Shown piece by piece: positions 36,319 to 45,992 of a stretch of 64,000 nt of DNA. Position 1 is the first letter of the stretch. Every line of letters starts with the position of its first letter. Made by a program: the position numbers and the translations under genes. Location: assembly GCA_035279525.1 (NCBI GenBank), contig DATEHQ010000182.1, forward strand, positions 2,991-66,990, written 5' to 3'. Under the pieces are notes generated by a model. It ran no database searches and had not been told where the DNA came from. It saw only the letters and a program-made list of their open reading frames with translations. This DNA is from Candidatus Dormiibacterota bacterium. GTDB taxonomy: Bacteria > Chloroflexota > Dormibacteria > Dormibacterales > Dormibacteraceae.

Positions 36319-37358
36319 GCCTCCAGGCGGACATGCGGGTCAGGCGCGATGGCTTCACGCTCGACGTCAAGCTCGAAGCCGCCACCACGGAGACCATCGC
36401 CGTGCTCGGCCCCAATGGAGCGGGCAAGACCACTTTGCTCCGGGCGCTGGCGGGACTGGTTCCGATCGAGGGTCGAATCGTGCTCGATGGAGACGTGCTC
36501 GACGATTCCAGCAGCGGTCGTCACCTGCCGACCGAAAAGCGACAGGTCGGCCTTGTGTTCCAGGACCACGTCCTCTTTCCACATCTGAGTGTGCTCGACA
36601 ACGTTGCCTTTGGGCTGCGCGCCCGTGGCACACCTGGTGCTGACACCGTTGCGCGCCGCTGGCTGGAAACGGCTGGGCTCGATTCGCGCGCCAGCGCCAT
36701 GCCGCGAGAGCTTTCGGGCGGACAGGCTCAGCGCATCGCGCTTGTGCGCACCCTTGCGACCGAACCGCACCTCCTCCTCCTGGACGAGCCGCTGTCTGCG
36801 CTCGACGTCACCATCCGGGCCGAGGTCAGGCGCGAGCTGGCACGGCACCTCGCCTCATTCAAAGGCGTTCGGGTCCTGGTCACGCACGACCCGCTCGAGG
36901 CGATGGCGCTGGCCGACCGCATCGTCCTGCTAGAGCAAGGCCGAGTCGTTCAGACCGGCACGCCCCAGGAGGTCACCGCGCGACCCCGATCGCGCTTCGC
37001 GGCTGACCTCGCGGGCGTCAACCTGCTGCGGGGTCAAGCGCACGCGGACCACGTCAGGCTCGACAACGGCGTGGAGCTGGCAGCGCCCGAGGCCGGCGAG
37101 GGCGAGGTCTTCGCGGTGATTCACCCGCGCGCGGTCGCGCTGTACCTCGAGAAACCCGAGGGAACGCCACGCAACGTCTGGCGCGGCAGGGCGGGTGACA
37201 TCGACCTGCGCGGCGAGCGCGTGCGCGTCAGCGTCGTTGGCGAGGTCCCGCTGGTAGCCGAGGTCACGCCGGCCGCGGTGCGGCAGCTGCACCTCGACGG
37301 TGGGGCCGAGGTCTGGGTCTCGGTCAAGGCCACCGAAATCTCCGTCTATCCCGCGTAG
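36315..37358 (+). CDS. modC: Molybdate ABC transporter ATP-binding protein with a C-terminal TOBE domain
   Basis: Walker A GPNGAGKTT, signature LSGGQAQR and Walker B LLLLDEP, followed by a TOBE-like tail. Confidence 0.85.
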   Translation: MSLQADMRVRRDGFTLDVKLEAATTETIAVLGPNGAGKTTLLRALAGLVPIEGRIVLDGDVLDDSSSGRHLPTEKRQVGLVFQDHVLFPHLSVLDNVAFGLRARGTPGADTVARRWLETAGLDSRASAMPRELSGGQAQRIALVRTLATEPHLLLLDEPLSALDVTIRAEVRRELARHLASFKGVRVLVTHDPLEAMALADRIVLLEQGRVVQTGTPQEVTARPRSRFAADLAGVNLLRGQAHADHVRLDNGVELAAPEAGEGEVFAVIHPRAVALYLEKPEGTPRNVWRGRAGDIDLRGERVRVSVVGEVPLVAEVTPAAVRQLHLDGGAEVWVSVKATEISVYPA

Positions 37359-37387
37359 GCCACCGCCGCGCGTAGGATCGCGGCACG

Positions 37388-38779
37388 GTGGCGAGGTTGG
37401 TCGCGATGTCGAGCGTCGACGCCGCCTGGTTGGGGATGGAGGACCCGACCAACCTGATGATGGTCACCGGCGTGCTCATGGTCGAGGGCAAGGTCGACGT
37501 CAAGCGCCTGCGCGCGCTGCTCGACCGGCGCCTCGCTCCGTTTGGTCGCTTCCACCACAGGGTTGTGCGCCCGCGCATGCGCGGCAATCTCCCCCACTGG
37601 CAGGACGACTCCAGCTTCGACATCGACAACCACGTCAGCCACGTCGCGCTGCCGGCCCCAGGTGGCGACACGGCGCTGCGCAACATGGTCAGCGAGTTGA
37701 TGAGCACACCGCTCGACTTCACCAAGCCGTTGTGGCAGATCCACGTGATCGACGGTCACGACCAGGGCTCGGTCGTGCTGGCGCGGATCCACCACTGCAT
37801 CGGCGACGGCATCGCGCTGGTGCGCGTGATGCTCTCGCTGACCGACGCATCGCCTCACGCGCGTCCAACCCGTCCGCGAACTGACAAGGGCGCGGGCGGC
37901 TTCTCGCTGGATTGGCTGCCTGCGGCCATAGTCCGTGGCGTGGCCGCGGGCCAGGACCTGATCGCGAACCCGGCAAGGCTGACCGACCTGGCGCGGGTCG
38001 GCGCGCACGGCGCCTACCGGCTCGGGCGCCTGGTCGCGTTGCCGCCCGATCCGCCGACCGCGTTCAAGGGCAAGCTCGGACGCCGAAAGCGGGCGGCCTG
38101 GTCTGAGCCCGTGCCGCTCGAAGACTTCAAGCTCATCGGCAAGGCGTTCGGCGCGACGGTCAATGACGTGCTGGTGGCGGTGACCGCCGGCGCGCTGCGG
38201 CGCTATCTCGAGAAGCAGGGCGTCTCGACCGCCGGGCTCGCCATCCGCGCGTCCGTTCCCGTCAACCTGCGCCCACTGGACCAGGCGCACAAGCTGGGTA
38301 ACTCCTTCGGCCTGGTCTTCCTCACGCTGCCGGTGGGCACCGTCGACCCGGTCAAGCGGCTGCGCGCGATCAAGCAGGAGATGGACGGCCTCAAGCGCTC
38401 GCCGGAGGCCCTCGTGGCGTTCGGGGTCTTGAGCCTGCTCGGGCTCGCGCCGGTCGAGGTGGAGCAGTTGGGTCTGCGCTTCTTCGGGAGCAAGGCGACG
38501 GCGGTGCTCACCAACGTGCCGGGGCCACGCGAGCCGCTCTATCTGTCGGGCCGCAAGGTGGAACGCGTGATGTTCTGGGTGCCGCAGTCGGGCAGGCTGG
38601 GCCTCGGCGTCAGCATCCTCAGCTACGCCGGTGGCGTGATGCTCGGGGTGGCCACCGATGAAGGCCTGGTTCCCGACCCCGAAAGGATCGTCGAAGCGTT
38701 CCGGGCCGAGCTCATCGCCCTGCGCGGGACGGCGCTGCGGAAGGCGCCGCGGCGGTCTCGGGCTGCAGCCCATGTTTAA
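37388..38779 (+). CDS. Wax ester synthase/diacylglycerol acyltransferase (WS/DGAT) family
   Basis: Active-site motif HHCIGDGIAL and the downstream NVPGP block. The start is GTG 37388 or ATG 37406. Confidence 0.85.
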   Translation: MARLVAMSSVDAAWLGMEDPTNLMMVTGVLMVEGKVDVKRLRALLDRRLAPFGRFHHRVVRPRMRGNLPHWQDDSSFDIDNHVSHVALPAPGGDTALRNMVSELMSTPLDFTKPLWQIHVIDGHDQGSVVLARIHHCIGDGIALVRVMLSLTDASPHARPTRPRTDKGAGGFSLDWLPAAIVRGVAAGQDLIANPARLTDLARVGAHGAYRLGRLVALPPDPPTAFKGKLGRRKRAAWSEPVPLEDFKLIGKAFGATVNDVLVAVTAGALRRYLEKQGVSTAGLAIRASVPVNLRPLDQAHKLGNSFGLVFLTLPVGTVDPVKRLRAIKQEMDGLKRSPEALVAFGVLSLLGLAPVEVEQLGLRFFGSKATAVLTNVPGPREPLYLSGRKVERVMFWVPQSGRLGLGVSILSYAGGVMLGVATDEGLVPDPERIVEAFRAELIALRGTALRKAPRRSRAAAHV

Positions 38780-38810
38780 CCGATCTGTTACTTGGTAATG
38801 TTGTAACACC

Positions 38811-39752
38811 ATGGCCGAGGCGGTCTCCGAGCGCGAGGCGCTGGACGCTTACTCGACGACGGTCAGCTCCGTTGCCGAGCGCGTCCTTCCGTCGGTGGCG
38901 AGCCTTCGCGTCGGCCGCATGGGCCGGGGCGGCGCCGGCTCTGGCGTGGTCATCACCCCGGACGGATTCATCGTCACCTCCGCCCACGTGGTCGCGTCGT
39001 CGGGTTCCGTCAGCGCCTCGTTCCTCGACGGCAGCGAATACGAGGTTGACGTGGTGGGCGCCGACCCACTCTCCGACCTCGCCGTCGCGCGCGCCCGCGC
39101 CGCGACGCTGGAGCCGGCCCGGATCGGCAACGCCGATGAGCTGCGCGTGGGTCAGCTCGTCGTCGCGGTTGGCAACCCGATGGGCTTTTCCGGTTCCGTC
39201 ACGTCGGGGGTCGTCAGTGGGTTAGGCCGCTCGCTGGCGACCGCCGACGGTAACGGACATCGCCGCTTCATCGAGGATGTCATCCAGACCGACGCCGCGC
39301 TCAACCCCGGCAACTCGGGCGGGGCGCTGGCCGACTGGCGGGCCCGGCTGATCGGCGTCAACACGGCGGTGGCCGGCATGGGCCTCGGGCTGGCCGTGCC
39401 GATGAACTCCACCACGCAGGCCATCCTCTCCGCCCTTATGCGCAGCGGCCGCGTCCGGCGCGCCTACCTCGGCATCGCGGGCGGCACGCGTGCGCTGCCA
39501 CCCACTTTCGCGCAGCGGCTCGGTCGGAAGGCAGGCGTGGAGGTGCAGGAGGTCGTCGCCGGCAGCCCGGCGGCGGGTGGCAAGCTGCAGGCGGGCGATG
39601 TGATCGTCTCGGTTGGAGAGACCGCGGTGGCCAAGGCCGGCGACCTCCAGAGGTTGATGGTCGAGGCTCGCATCGGTTCGAAGCTCGCGCTCACCGTCTT
39701 GCGCGCCGACCAGCTGGTCAAGCTCGAGGTCATCCCCGTAGAGCTCGGGTAG
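38811..39752 (+). CDS. Trypsin-like S1C serine protease with a C-terminal PDZ domain (HtrA/DegP-like)
   Basis: Catalytic blocks TSAHVV, D..DLAV and GNSGGAL, then a PDZ-like tail (LQAGDVIVSVGE). Confidence 0.85.
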   Translation: MAEAVSEREALDAYSTTVSSVAERVLPSVASLRVGRMGRGGAGSGVVITPDGFIVTSAHVVASSGSVSASFLDGSEYEVDVVGADPLSDLAVARARAATLEPARIGNADELRVGQLVVAVGNPMGFSGSVTSGVVSGLGRSLATADGNGHRRFIEDVIQTDAALNPGNSGGALADWRARLIGVNTAVAGMGLGLAVPMNSTTQAILSALMRSGRVRRAYLGIAGGTRALPPTFAQRLGRKAGVEVQEVVAGSPAAGGKLQAGDVIVSVGETAVAKAGDLQRLMVEARIGSKLALTVLRADQLVKLEVIPVELG

Positions 39753-39759
39753 CGGCGCC

Positions 39760-40128
39760 ACCCCGGCCCCATCCCCGGGCTGCGCCCGGTACTTCCCCGC
39801 CAGGCGGGGAAGGCCAGCTTCGGGGGAGGCCTGCTCCTGTAGGCGGGGAAGGCCTGCTTCGGGCGGCCTGCTCCCGTAGGCGGGGAAGGCGTGCTTCGGG
39901 CGGCCTGCTCCCGTAGGCGGGGAAGGCCTGCTCTTGGCGGCGAACCTTACCCCGGCCCCATCCCCGGGCTCCGCCCGGTACTTCCCCGCCATGCGGGGAA
40001 GGCCAGCTTCGACCCGCCATGCGGGGAAGGCCAGCTTCGCCCCGCCATGCGGGGAAGGCCAGCTTCGACCCGCCAGGCGGGGAAGACCTGCTTCGACCCG
40101 CTAGGCGGGGAAGGCCGACTACACTCGC
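39760..40128. repeat. Composite GC-rich tandem-repeat block (63-bp direct repeat plus 37-bp and 28-bp arrays sharing a GGCGGGGAAGGCC core)
   Basis: The 63-nt direct repeat is at 39760-39822 and 39949-40011, with 2 mismatches. Array A units start at 39802, 39841, 39878 and 39915 (period 37-39). Array B units start at 39991, 40019, 40047, 40075 and 40103 (period 28). The palindrome CTTCCCCGCC-a-GGCGGGGAAG sits at the head of each array. Confidence 0.9.
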
Positions 40129-40132
40129 TGGG

Positions 40133-40963
40133 GTGGCCAAGAACCAGGTTCGCGAATTGCTGCGCGCCCGCCCGAGCGACGGGCGATTTCGGATGGCGGA
40201 CGTCGACCCGGATTCGACGCCCGGCCTGAAGAGCCGCAAGCGCGCGCAGAGGGACCTCGCCCGGCACAAGGCCAAGCTCTTCGACCTCCAGGAGCGCCTC
40301 TACGCGGAGAAGAAGCGCTCGCTCCTGGTCGTGCTCCAGGGAATGGACGGCAGCGGCAAGGACGGGACGATCACTCACGTGATCGGGAACCTGAACCCCC
40401 AGGGCGTCAGCATCGCGGCCTTCAAGGCGCCGACGCCTGAGGAGCGCCGGCATGGATTCCTCTGGCGAATCCGCCGGCGGCTGCCCGATCCGGGGTTCGT
40501 CGGAATCTTCAACCGATCTCACTACGAGGACGTCCTCATCGCGCGTGTGCACAGCCTCGCCCCGCCGCAGGTGATCGAGCGGCGCTACGCCATCATCAAC
40601 CAGTTTGAAAAGAAGCTCGTCCGTTCCGGCACCAGGATCGTCAAGGTCTGCCTCGACATCTCCTACCAGGAGCAGCGCGCCCGATTCCTGGCGCGCCTGA
40701 AGGACCCGGACAAGAGGTGGAAGTTCTCCGAGCACGACATCGACGAGCGCGCCTACTGGGACGACTACATGAGCGCGTACAGCACCGCCATCACGAGATG
40801 CTCGACCACGTGGGCGCCCTGGTACGTGGTGCCGGCCAACGACAAGGACTACCGCAACTGGGCGGTGGCACGAATCCTGGTCGAGACCTTCGAGGAGCTG
40901 AACCCGCAGTACCCGCGGCCGAAGCTGGACATCGCCCGCCTCGAGAAGCGGCTGCTCGCCTGA
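40133..40963 (+). CDS. Polyphosphate kinase 2 (PPK2) family phosphotransferase
   Basis: LVVLQGMDGSGKDG P-loop, FNRSHYEDV and WYVVPANDK. The start is taken at GTG 40133. The part of the ORF upstream of that lies inside the repeat array. Confidence 0.85.
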   Translation: MAKNQVRELLRARPSDGRFRMADVDPDSTPGLKSRKRAQRDLARHKAKLFDLQERLYAEKKRSLLVVLQGMDGSGKDGTITHVIGNLNPQGVSIAAFKAPTPEERRHGFLWRIRRRLPDPGFVGIFNRSHYEDVLIARVHSLAPPQVIERRYAIINQFEKKLVRSGTRIVKVCLDISYQEQRARFLARLKDPDKRWKFSEHDIDERAYWDDYMSAYSTAITRCSTTWAPWYVVPANDKDYRNWAVARILVETFEELNPQYPRPKLDIARLEKRLLA

Positions 40964-41053
40964 TCCGCGGGGTGCCGGCTGCAGCCTGCCAACTGCAGGT
41001 TTGATACGTTAAAGAACCGCTAAGAAATTCGCTGGCTTGAGGGAGAAGCTGAA

Positions 41054-42253
41054 ATGAGGCGCATCCGGCTGGTTGCATTTGTGGCGGCGGCGCTGGTCGT
41101 CGCGGCCTGCGGATCCACCGGTGGCGGTGGCGGCGGCAGTTCCTACTCGGGCAAGACGATCAAGCTCGGCGCGATCCTTTCGATCACCGGCGCGGGCGGC
41201 GTGTACGGTCCGCAGAGCCGCGACGGAATGATGCTGGCCGTCAAGCAGATCAACAGCTCCGGTGGCGTCAACGGAGCCACGATCGACCTGACGGTGCTGG
41301 ACGACACTTCTGACAAGCCCACGTCGTCGGCGAAGGCACAGACGCTCATCCAGTCCAACCAGGTCCTCGCCCTCCTCGGCCCGACGCTCTCCAACTCAGC
41401 GGTCGGTGTGCACCCGCTGGCCGAGAGCCTGAAGACGCCGATCCTGGCGGTGAGCACCACCGGAATCAACATCGTCCCCGACTGCAACTTCCCCGACACC
41501 ACACCGTGCAAATACGTGTTCCGGGACAGCCTGGGCGAGCAGACCGCGATTCCGGACAACATCATGTCCTACGCCGCTGACAAGCACCCCGCGACGGGCG
41601 TGCTGCTGGTGGCGCAGGACGACAAGTTCTCGAGCGACGGCGGGACGATCGTTCAGAACACTGTCGCGAAGTACGGAATCAACCTGCTCAAGACCGTGAA
41701 GTTCAGCAAAACCGCGGCGGACCTGTCGCCGTATGTGACCCAGGCCGTCGGCCTCCACCCCGACGTGATCTTCATCACGTCGCTGGGCAACATTCCGTCC
41801 AAGATCATGACCGAGGCCCGCGCGCAGGGCTTCACGGGCCAGTTTCTCGGCGGCAACGGGTTCAACACCGCGGCCGTGTCGAAGGCCGCGGGTCAGGCCG
41901 GCATGGGCGCCCGCAGCGCCAGCGCCTGGTACCTCGGCAACACGTTTCCGTCCAACGCGGACTTCGTCCAGGCTTTCCGCACCCAGTACGGCCACGACCC
42001 CGACCAGTTCGCGGCCCAGGGTTACGCGGGGATCAAGATCATCGCCGACTCGGCCAAGCGCGCCGGCCTTACCTTCAGCGACCTCCCCGGCGACCGGGAC
42101 AAGCTCAGGGCGGCGATGGAGACGGTCAACATCCAGACTCCGCTGGGCCCTTTCCAGTTCACGAGCACTCACGACGTCCGGCAGACGGTCTGGGTGATCG
42201 CGATGGACGGTCAGGGCGGGTTCACGCTCGTCCACCAGATCAACCCGAGTTGA
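41054..42253 (+). CDS. Branched-chain amino-acid-type ABC transporter substrate-binding lipoprotein
   Basis: Lipobox VVAACG, a Gly-rich linker and a type-I periplasmic-binding fold (KLGAILSITGAG...). A GGGAGAAG RBS is present. Confidence 0.85.
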   Translation: MRRIRLVAFVAAALVVAACGSTGGGGGGSSYSGKTIKLGAILSITGAGGVYGPQSRDGMMLAVKQINSSGGVNGATIDLTVLDDTSDKPTSSAKAQTLIQSNQVLALLGPTLSNSAVGVHPLAESLKTPILAVSTTGINIVPDCNFPDTTPCKYVFRDSLGEQTAIPDNIMSYAADKHPATGVLLVAQDDKFSSDGGTIVQNTVAKYGINLLKTVKFSKTAADLSPYVTQAVGLHPDVIFITSLGNIPSKIMTEARAQGFTGQFLGGNGFNTAAVSKAAGQAGMGARSASAWYLGNTFPSNADFVQAFRTQYGHDPDQFAAQGYAGIKIIADSAKRAGLTFSDLPGDRDKLRAAMETVNIQTPLGPFQFTSTHDVRQTVWVIAMDGQGGFTLVHQINPS

Positions 42254-42305
42254 TGGGACGGGGGGACCAAAACGGTCCCCCCACACTCGATGACGTGAGG
42301 CGCTG

Positions 42306-43220
42306 ATGGACCAGCAGCTCCTCAACGCGATTTTCATCGGATCCATCTACGCGCTCTTCGCGGTCGGCTACACGCTCGTCTTCGGCATCCTCGACATCCT
42401 CAACCTCGCGCACAGCGCGGTGTTCATGCTCGGAGCGGCGGTTGCGTACACCCTGGTGGTGAACCACGGCCAGTCCTTCTGGGTCGCGTGCGCCGTCGCG
42501 ATCGTGGTGTCCGCGCTCATGGGCCTCGTGATCGAGCACCTTTGCCTCCGGCCGCTGCGCCGCCGGCGGGCGCCGCCGATCACCGCCCTCATCTCCACGA
42601 TCGGGCTGGCGTTGATCATCGTCGCGGCGATCGAGCAGGGCCAGCAGGGCTCGTTCTTCGCCTGGCTGTGGGTCGACGGCCCAAACTCGGTCGCCTTCCC
42701 AGCGGGCACGGTGCCGAACCCGACGTGGCACGTCGGTGACCTGACACTCGAGGCGAGCAAGGTTGCGATCATTCCGCTTTCCATCGTCCTGATGCTCGTG
42801 CTCGGCTATGTGATGCGCTACACGCAGGTCGGGCGAGGGCTGCGCGCCGTGGCCGAGAACCCACGGGCCGCCCGACTCATGGGCGTCGACGTCGATCGGA
42901 TGATCTCGCTCACCCTGATCATCTCGTCTGCGCTCGGCGGCCTGGCGGGCATCCTCTTCGGTCTTGCCCTCGGCGACATCAGCCCGTACATCGGGCGTGA
43001 CAACGTCGAAGTGCGCGGGCTCGCGGTGATCGTGCTCGGTGGCATGGGCAGCATCCCGGGCGCCGTGATCGGCGGGTACCTCCTCGGTCTGATCGAGGTG
43101 TTGGCCCTCGTCACCCTGGGCAGCAGCGTGCAGGGCGGCATCGCCTTCGCCGCACTTTTCCTGATGCTCGTCCTCCGGCCGCAGGGCCTGTTCGGCACCC
43201 GCCTGCGCGAGCGGATTTGA
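42306..43220 (+). CDS. livH: Branched-chain amino acid ABC transporter permease (LivH-like)
   Basis: Typical N-terminus LLNAIFIGSIYALFAVGYTLVFG and a polytopic topology. Confidence 0.85.
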   Translation: MDQQLLNAIFIGSIYALFAVGYTLVFGILDILNLAHSAVFMLGAAVAYTLVVNHGQSFWVACAVAIVVSALMGLVIEHLCLRPLRRRRAPPITALISTIGLALIIVAAIEQGQQGSFFAWLWVDGPNSVAFPAGTVPNPTWHVGDLTLEASKVAIIPLSIVLMLVLGYVMRYTQVGRGLRAVAENPRAARLMGVDVDRMISLTLIISSALGGLAGILFGLALGDISPYIGRDNVEVRGLAVIVLGGMGSIPGAVIGGYLLGLIEVLALVTLGSSVQGGIAFAALFLMLVLRPQGLFGTRLRERI

Positions 43221-43234
43221 GCGAGCGCGCGTAG

Positions 43235-44152
43235 GTGGACTTCTTCATCCAGCTGTTCAGCGACCCGGTGGGTTTCTGGAACTCGCACACCCTGCTGATC
43301 GCGCAGATCGGGATCAATGGCATCCTCGCGACGTCCATGTTCCTGGTCCTCTATTCAGGCCAGCTCTCCCTGGCGGCGCCCGGGTTCATGGCCGTCGGGG
43401 CGTACACGTCGGTCTTGATGAGCCTCTACTGGCACACTCCGCTGGCCCTGGACATCGCGGCCGGTGTGCTGCTCGCGGGTGCTGTGGGTGTGCTGGTCGG
43501 GCTGCCGGTGCTGCGACTCCGTGGCGTTTTTCTGGCCATCGCGACGATCGGCTTCATCGAAGCGCTGCGACTTGGGGTGATCCTCAATGTGCCGATCACC
43601 GGCGGAGGACTGGGCTTGAAAAACCCCGGCGCGGATCCACTTGGCGGGATCTATCCCATCCTGATCGCGCTGGTGGTGGTCATCTTCGTCGTGTGGCGCC
43701 TCACCAAGGGCCGGCTCGGCCAGGCCTGGGCGGCCATCAGGCAGGACGAGATCGCCGCCCTGAGCCAGGGCATCGACGCTTCGCGCTACAAGATGATCGC
43801 TTTCGTGCTCAGCGCGATGATCGCGGCTTTCGGCGGAGCCCTGGAGGCGCACCTGAACTTTTTCGTCGACCCGGGCGACACGCAGTACGGCGTCACGCGC
43901 GCGGTCCAGATCCTGACCTTCGCCGTGCTCGGCGGCAGCGGGTTCGTGCTCGGCCCGGTCGTCGGCGCGCTGCTGATCACCCTCCTGCCATGGATCTTCC
44001 AGGGCGCAGGCGTCTACATCAACGTGCTCGCGGGCGCCTTCCTGATCGCGGTGATCGTGTTCCGCCCGCAGGGCATCGTCGGCCGGGGTGGCCTGGCCAT
44101 CGTGCGCCCGGCATGGTGGCCTCGGCGAGCGCATGCTCCTTCGCCTGGATGA
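43235..44152 (+). CDS. livM: Branched-chain amino acid ABC transporter permease (LivM-like)
   Basis: Polytopic, with GQLSLAAPGFMAVGAY and RGVFLAIATIGF blocks. GTG start. Confidence 0.85.
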   Translation: MDFFIQLFSDPVGFWNSHTLLIAQIGINGILATSMFLVLYSGQLSLAAPGFMAVGAYTSVLMSLYWHTPLALDIAAGVLLAGAVGVLVGLPVLRLRGVFLAIATIGFIEALRLGVILNVPITGGGLGLKNPGADPLGGIYPILIALVVVIFVVWRLTKGRLGQAWAAIRQDEIAALSQGIDASRYKMIAFVLSAMIAAFGGALEAHLNFFVDPGDTQYGVTRAVQILTFAVLGGSGFVLGPVVGALLITLLPWIFQGAGVYINVLAGAFLIAVIVFRPQGIVGRGGLAIVRPAWWPRRAHAPSPG

Positions 44153-45701
44153 CCTCCGGCGCCACTTCGGCGGCGTGCATGCCGTCGACGGAGTGTCGCT
44201 GGAGGTCGAACAGGGGTCGATCTACGGCCTGATCGGACCCAACGGTGCGGGCAAGACCACCCTCGTCAACGTGGTCACGGGCTACGTGCCGCACCAGTCG
44301 GGCCATGCGTGGATCGGGTCCGACGAGCTGACCGGTTTGCGCCCCTACCGCATCGCCGCGCTGGGTGTGGCCCGGACCTTTCAGAACATCCGGCTCTTCA
44401 AGGACCTGACGGCGGTCGAGAACGTGATGATCGGCATGCACACGCGACGCCGCGACGACACCCTGGCGCAGCTCGCCACCCTTCCGGTGTTCCGGCGCGA
44501 CCGCCGCGGCCGCGTGAACGAGGTGCGCCGGCTCATGGAATCGGTCGGGCTCGCGGCTCGTGATATCGGCGAGCGCGCCGCGGGGACACTTCCCTACGGC
44601 GACCAGCGCCGCCTCGAGATCGCTCGCGCATTGGCACTGCAGCCCAAGCTCCTGATCCTCGACGAGCCGGCCGCGGGCATGAACCCGTCCGAGAAGCAAG
44701 GCATCCGCGAGCTGATCGAGCGCCTCAACGCGGAAGGCCTGACCATCCTCCTCATCGACCACGACATGCGCCTGGTCATGGGCGTGTGCCGGCGCGTGGC
44801 CGTGCTCAACTTCGGTCGCAAGATCGCGGACGGGACCCCGGAGGAGGTCTCCACCGATGCCGGTGTGATCAAGGCCTACCTTGGTTCGGGCGGAGAGCGC
44901 GAGGTGCACAGCGCGCCAGGCGCGAGCGCGGTGGACGAAGCCCCGGTCATGGCGACCGGTGCTTCGCGACGCGGAGCGACCGGTCCGCACGACGCGATCC
45001 TCGAAGTGCGCGACCTGTCAGTCAGCTATGGCGCCGTCAATGCCGTACGTGGCGTGTCACTTCGCGTGGCCAGGGGCGAGGTCGTGGCGCTGATTGGCGC
45101 CAACGGAGCGGGCAAGTCGACGGTCCTCAACGCGCTGTCAGGGTTGATCAGGCCGACGTCGGGGTCGGCGGTGTTCGATGGGCTGGACCTCACCGCGGCC
45201 AAGGCGTCGAGCATCGTGCGGCACGGCCTGGTCCAGGTGCCCGAGGGACGCGAGATCCTCGCCCGTCAGACCGTGCTCGAGAACCTCGAGCTGGCGACCT
45301 GGGCCCGCCGTGATGGTGCCGCCGCAAGGGCTGAGGTGGAGGCCGTGATGAAGCGGTTTCCGATCCTCGGCGAGCGGAGGGGACTCCTCGCCGCGACGCT
45401 GTCCGGCGGTGAGCAGCAGATGCTGGCCATCGCGCGAGGCGTGCTGGCCAGGCCGAGGCTGCTGCTGCTCGACGAGCCGTCGCTCGGGCTGGCACCGCAG
45501 ATGGTCGACGAGGTGTTCCGGGTCATCGACGAGATCCACAAGGACGGGACGACCATCCTGCTCGTCGAGCAGAACGCGCTGCGGGCGCTGGCCATCGCGG
45601 ACCGCGCGTACGTGCTCGAGACAGGGCAGATCCAGCTCACCGGGACCGGAGACGAGCTGCTGCACAACCCCGCCGTGAGAAGGGCGTACCTGGGCGGATA
45701 A
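44133..45701 (+). CDS. Fused LivG-LivF ABC ATPase (two nucleotide-binding domains in one polypeptide)
   Basis: The first NBD has GPNGAGKTT, YGDQRRLEIA and LILDEPAAGM. A linker of about 40 aa follows. The second NBD has GANGAGKST, LSGGEQQMLAIA and LLLDEPSLGL. There is no stop between them. Confidence 0.8.
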   Translation: MLLRLDDLRRHFGGVHAVDGVSLEVEQGSIYGLIGPNGAGKTTLVNVVTGYVPHQSGHAWIGSDELTGLRPYRIAALGVARTFQNIRLFKDLTAVENVMIGMHTRRRDDTLAQLATLPVFRRDRRGRVNEVRRLMESVGLAARDIGERAAGTLPYGDQRRLEIARALALQPKLLILDEPAAGMNPSEKQGIRELIERLNAEGLTILLIDHDMRLVMGVCRRVAVLNFGRKIADGTPEEVSTDAGVIKAYLGSGGEREVHSAPGASAVDEAPVMATGASRRGATGPHDAILEVRDLSVSYGAVNAVRGVSLRVARGEVVALIGANGAGKSTVLNALSGLIRPTSGSAVFDGLDLTAAKASSIVRHGLVQVPEGREILARQTVLENLELATWARRDGAAARAEVEAVMKRFPILGERRGLLAATLSGGEQQMLAIARGVLARPRLLLLDEPSLGLAPQMVDEVFRVIDEIHKDGTTILLVEQNALRALAIADRAYVLETGQIQLTGTGDELLHNPAVRRAYLGG

Positions 45702-45744
45702 AGGCTCAGCTCGGAGCTCCCTTCGTTCTGCTGACAGAAAGGGA

Positions 45745-45785
45745 ACAAAAAAAGCCCGGGTCCGAAGACCCGGGCTCTTTTCTGG
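45745..45785. terminator. Bidirectional intrinsic terminator between livGF and csp
   Basis: An A-run precedes a perfect 10-bp stem AGCCCGGGTC-cgaa-GACCCGGGCT (45753-45776), which is followed by cTTTTcT. Confidence 0.7.
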
Positions 45786-45794
45786 TCTCTGAAA

Positions 45795-45992
45795 TTACAG
45801 AGTGCGGACGCTCTTGGCGCGGGGGCCCTTCGGGCTCGCCTCGACCTCGAACGAAACCTTCTCGCCACCCTGGAGGCTATCGAAGTCGCCCTCGGTGCCG
45901 CTGCGGTGGAAGAAGAATTCCTTACCGTCCTCGGCCGCGATGAAGCCGAAGCCGCGGTCCGAAACCAGTTTCTTGATGGTGCCTGTAGGCAT
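45795..45992 (-). CDS. Cold-shock domain protein (CspA family)
   Basis: MPTGTIKKLVSDRGFGFI (RNP1) and FFHRS (RNP2-like). 65-67 aa. Confidence 0.9.
   Translation of the reverse strand: MPTGTIKKLVSDRGFGFIAAEDGKEFFFHRSGTEGDFDSLQGGEKVSFEVEASPKGPRAKSVRTL

Noticed and set aside
37346-38812. 488-aa minus-strand ORF
   Set aside because: It is antisense to the WS/DGAT gene, which has the clear HHxxxDG active-site motif on the plus strand.
39991-40128. 28-bp direct repeats that might be a CRISPR array
   Set aside because: The units are contiguous with no spacers, no cas genes are in the window, and the repeat is part of a larger nested tandem-repeat block.
39222-40275. Minus-strand ORFs (256 aa and 181 aa) with repeated AGLPRLAG-like peptides
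   Set aside because: Their periodicity simply mirrors the DNA tandem repeats and the antisense strand of the htrA-like gene. There is no start context or domain.
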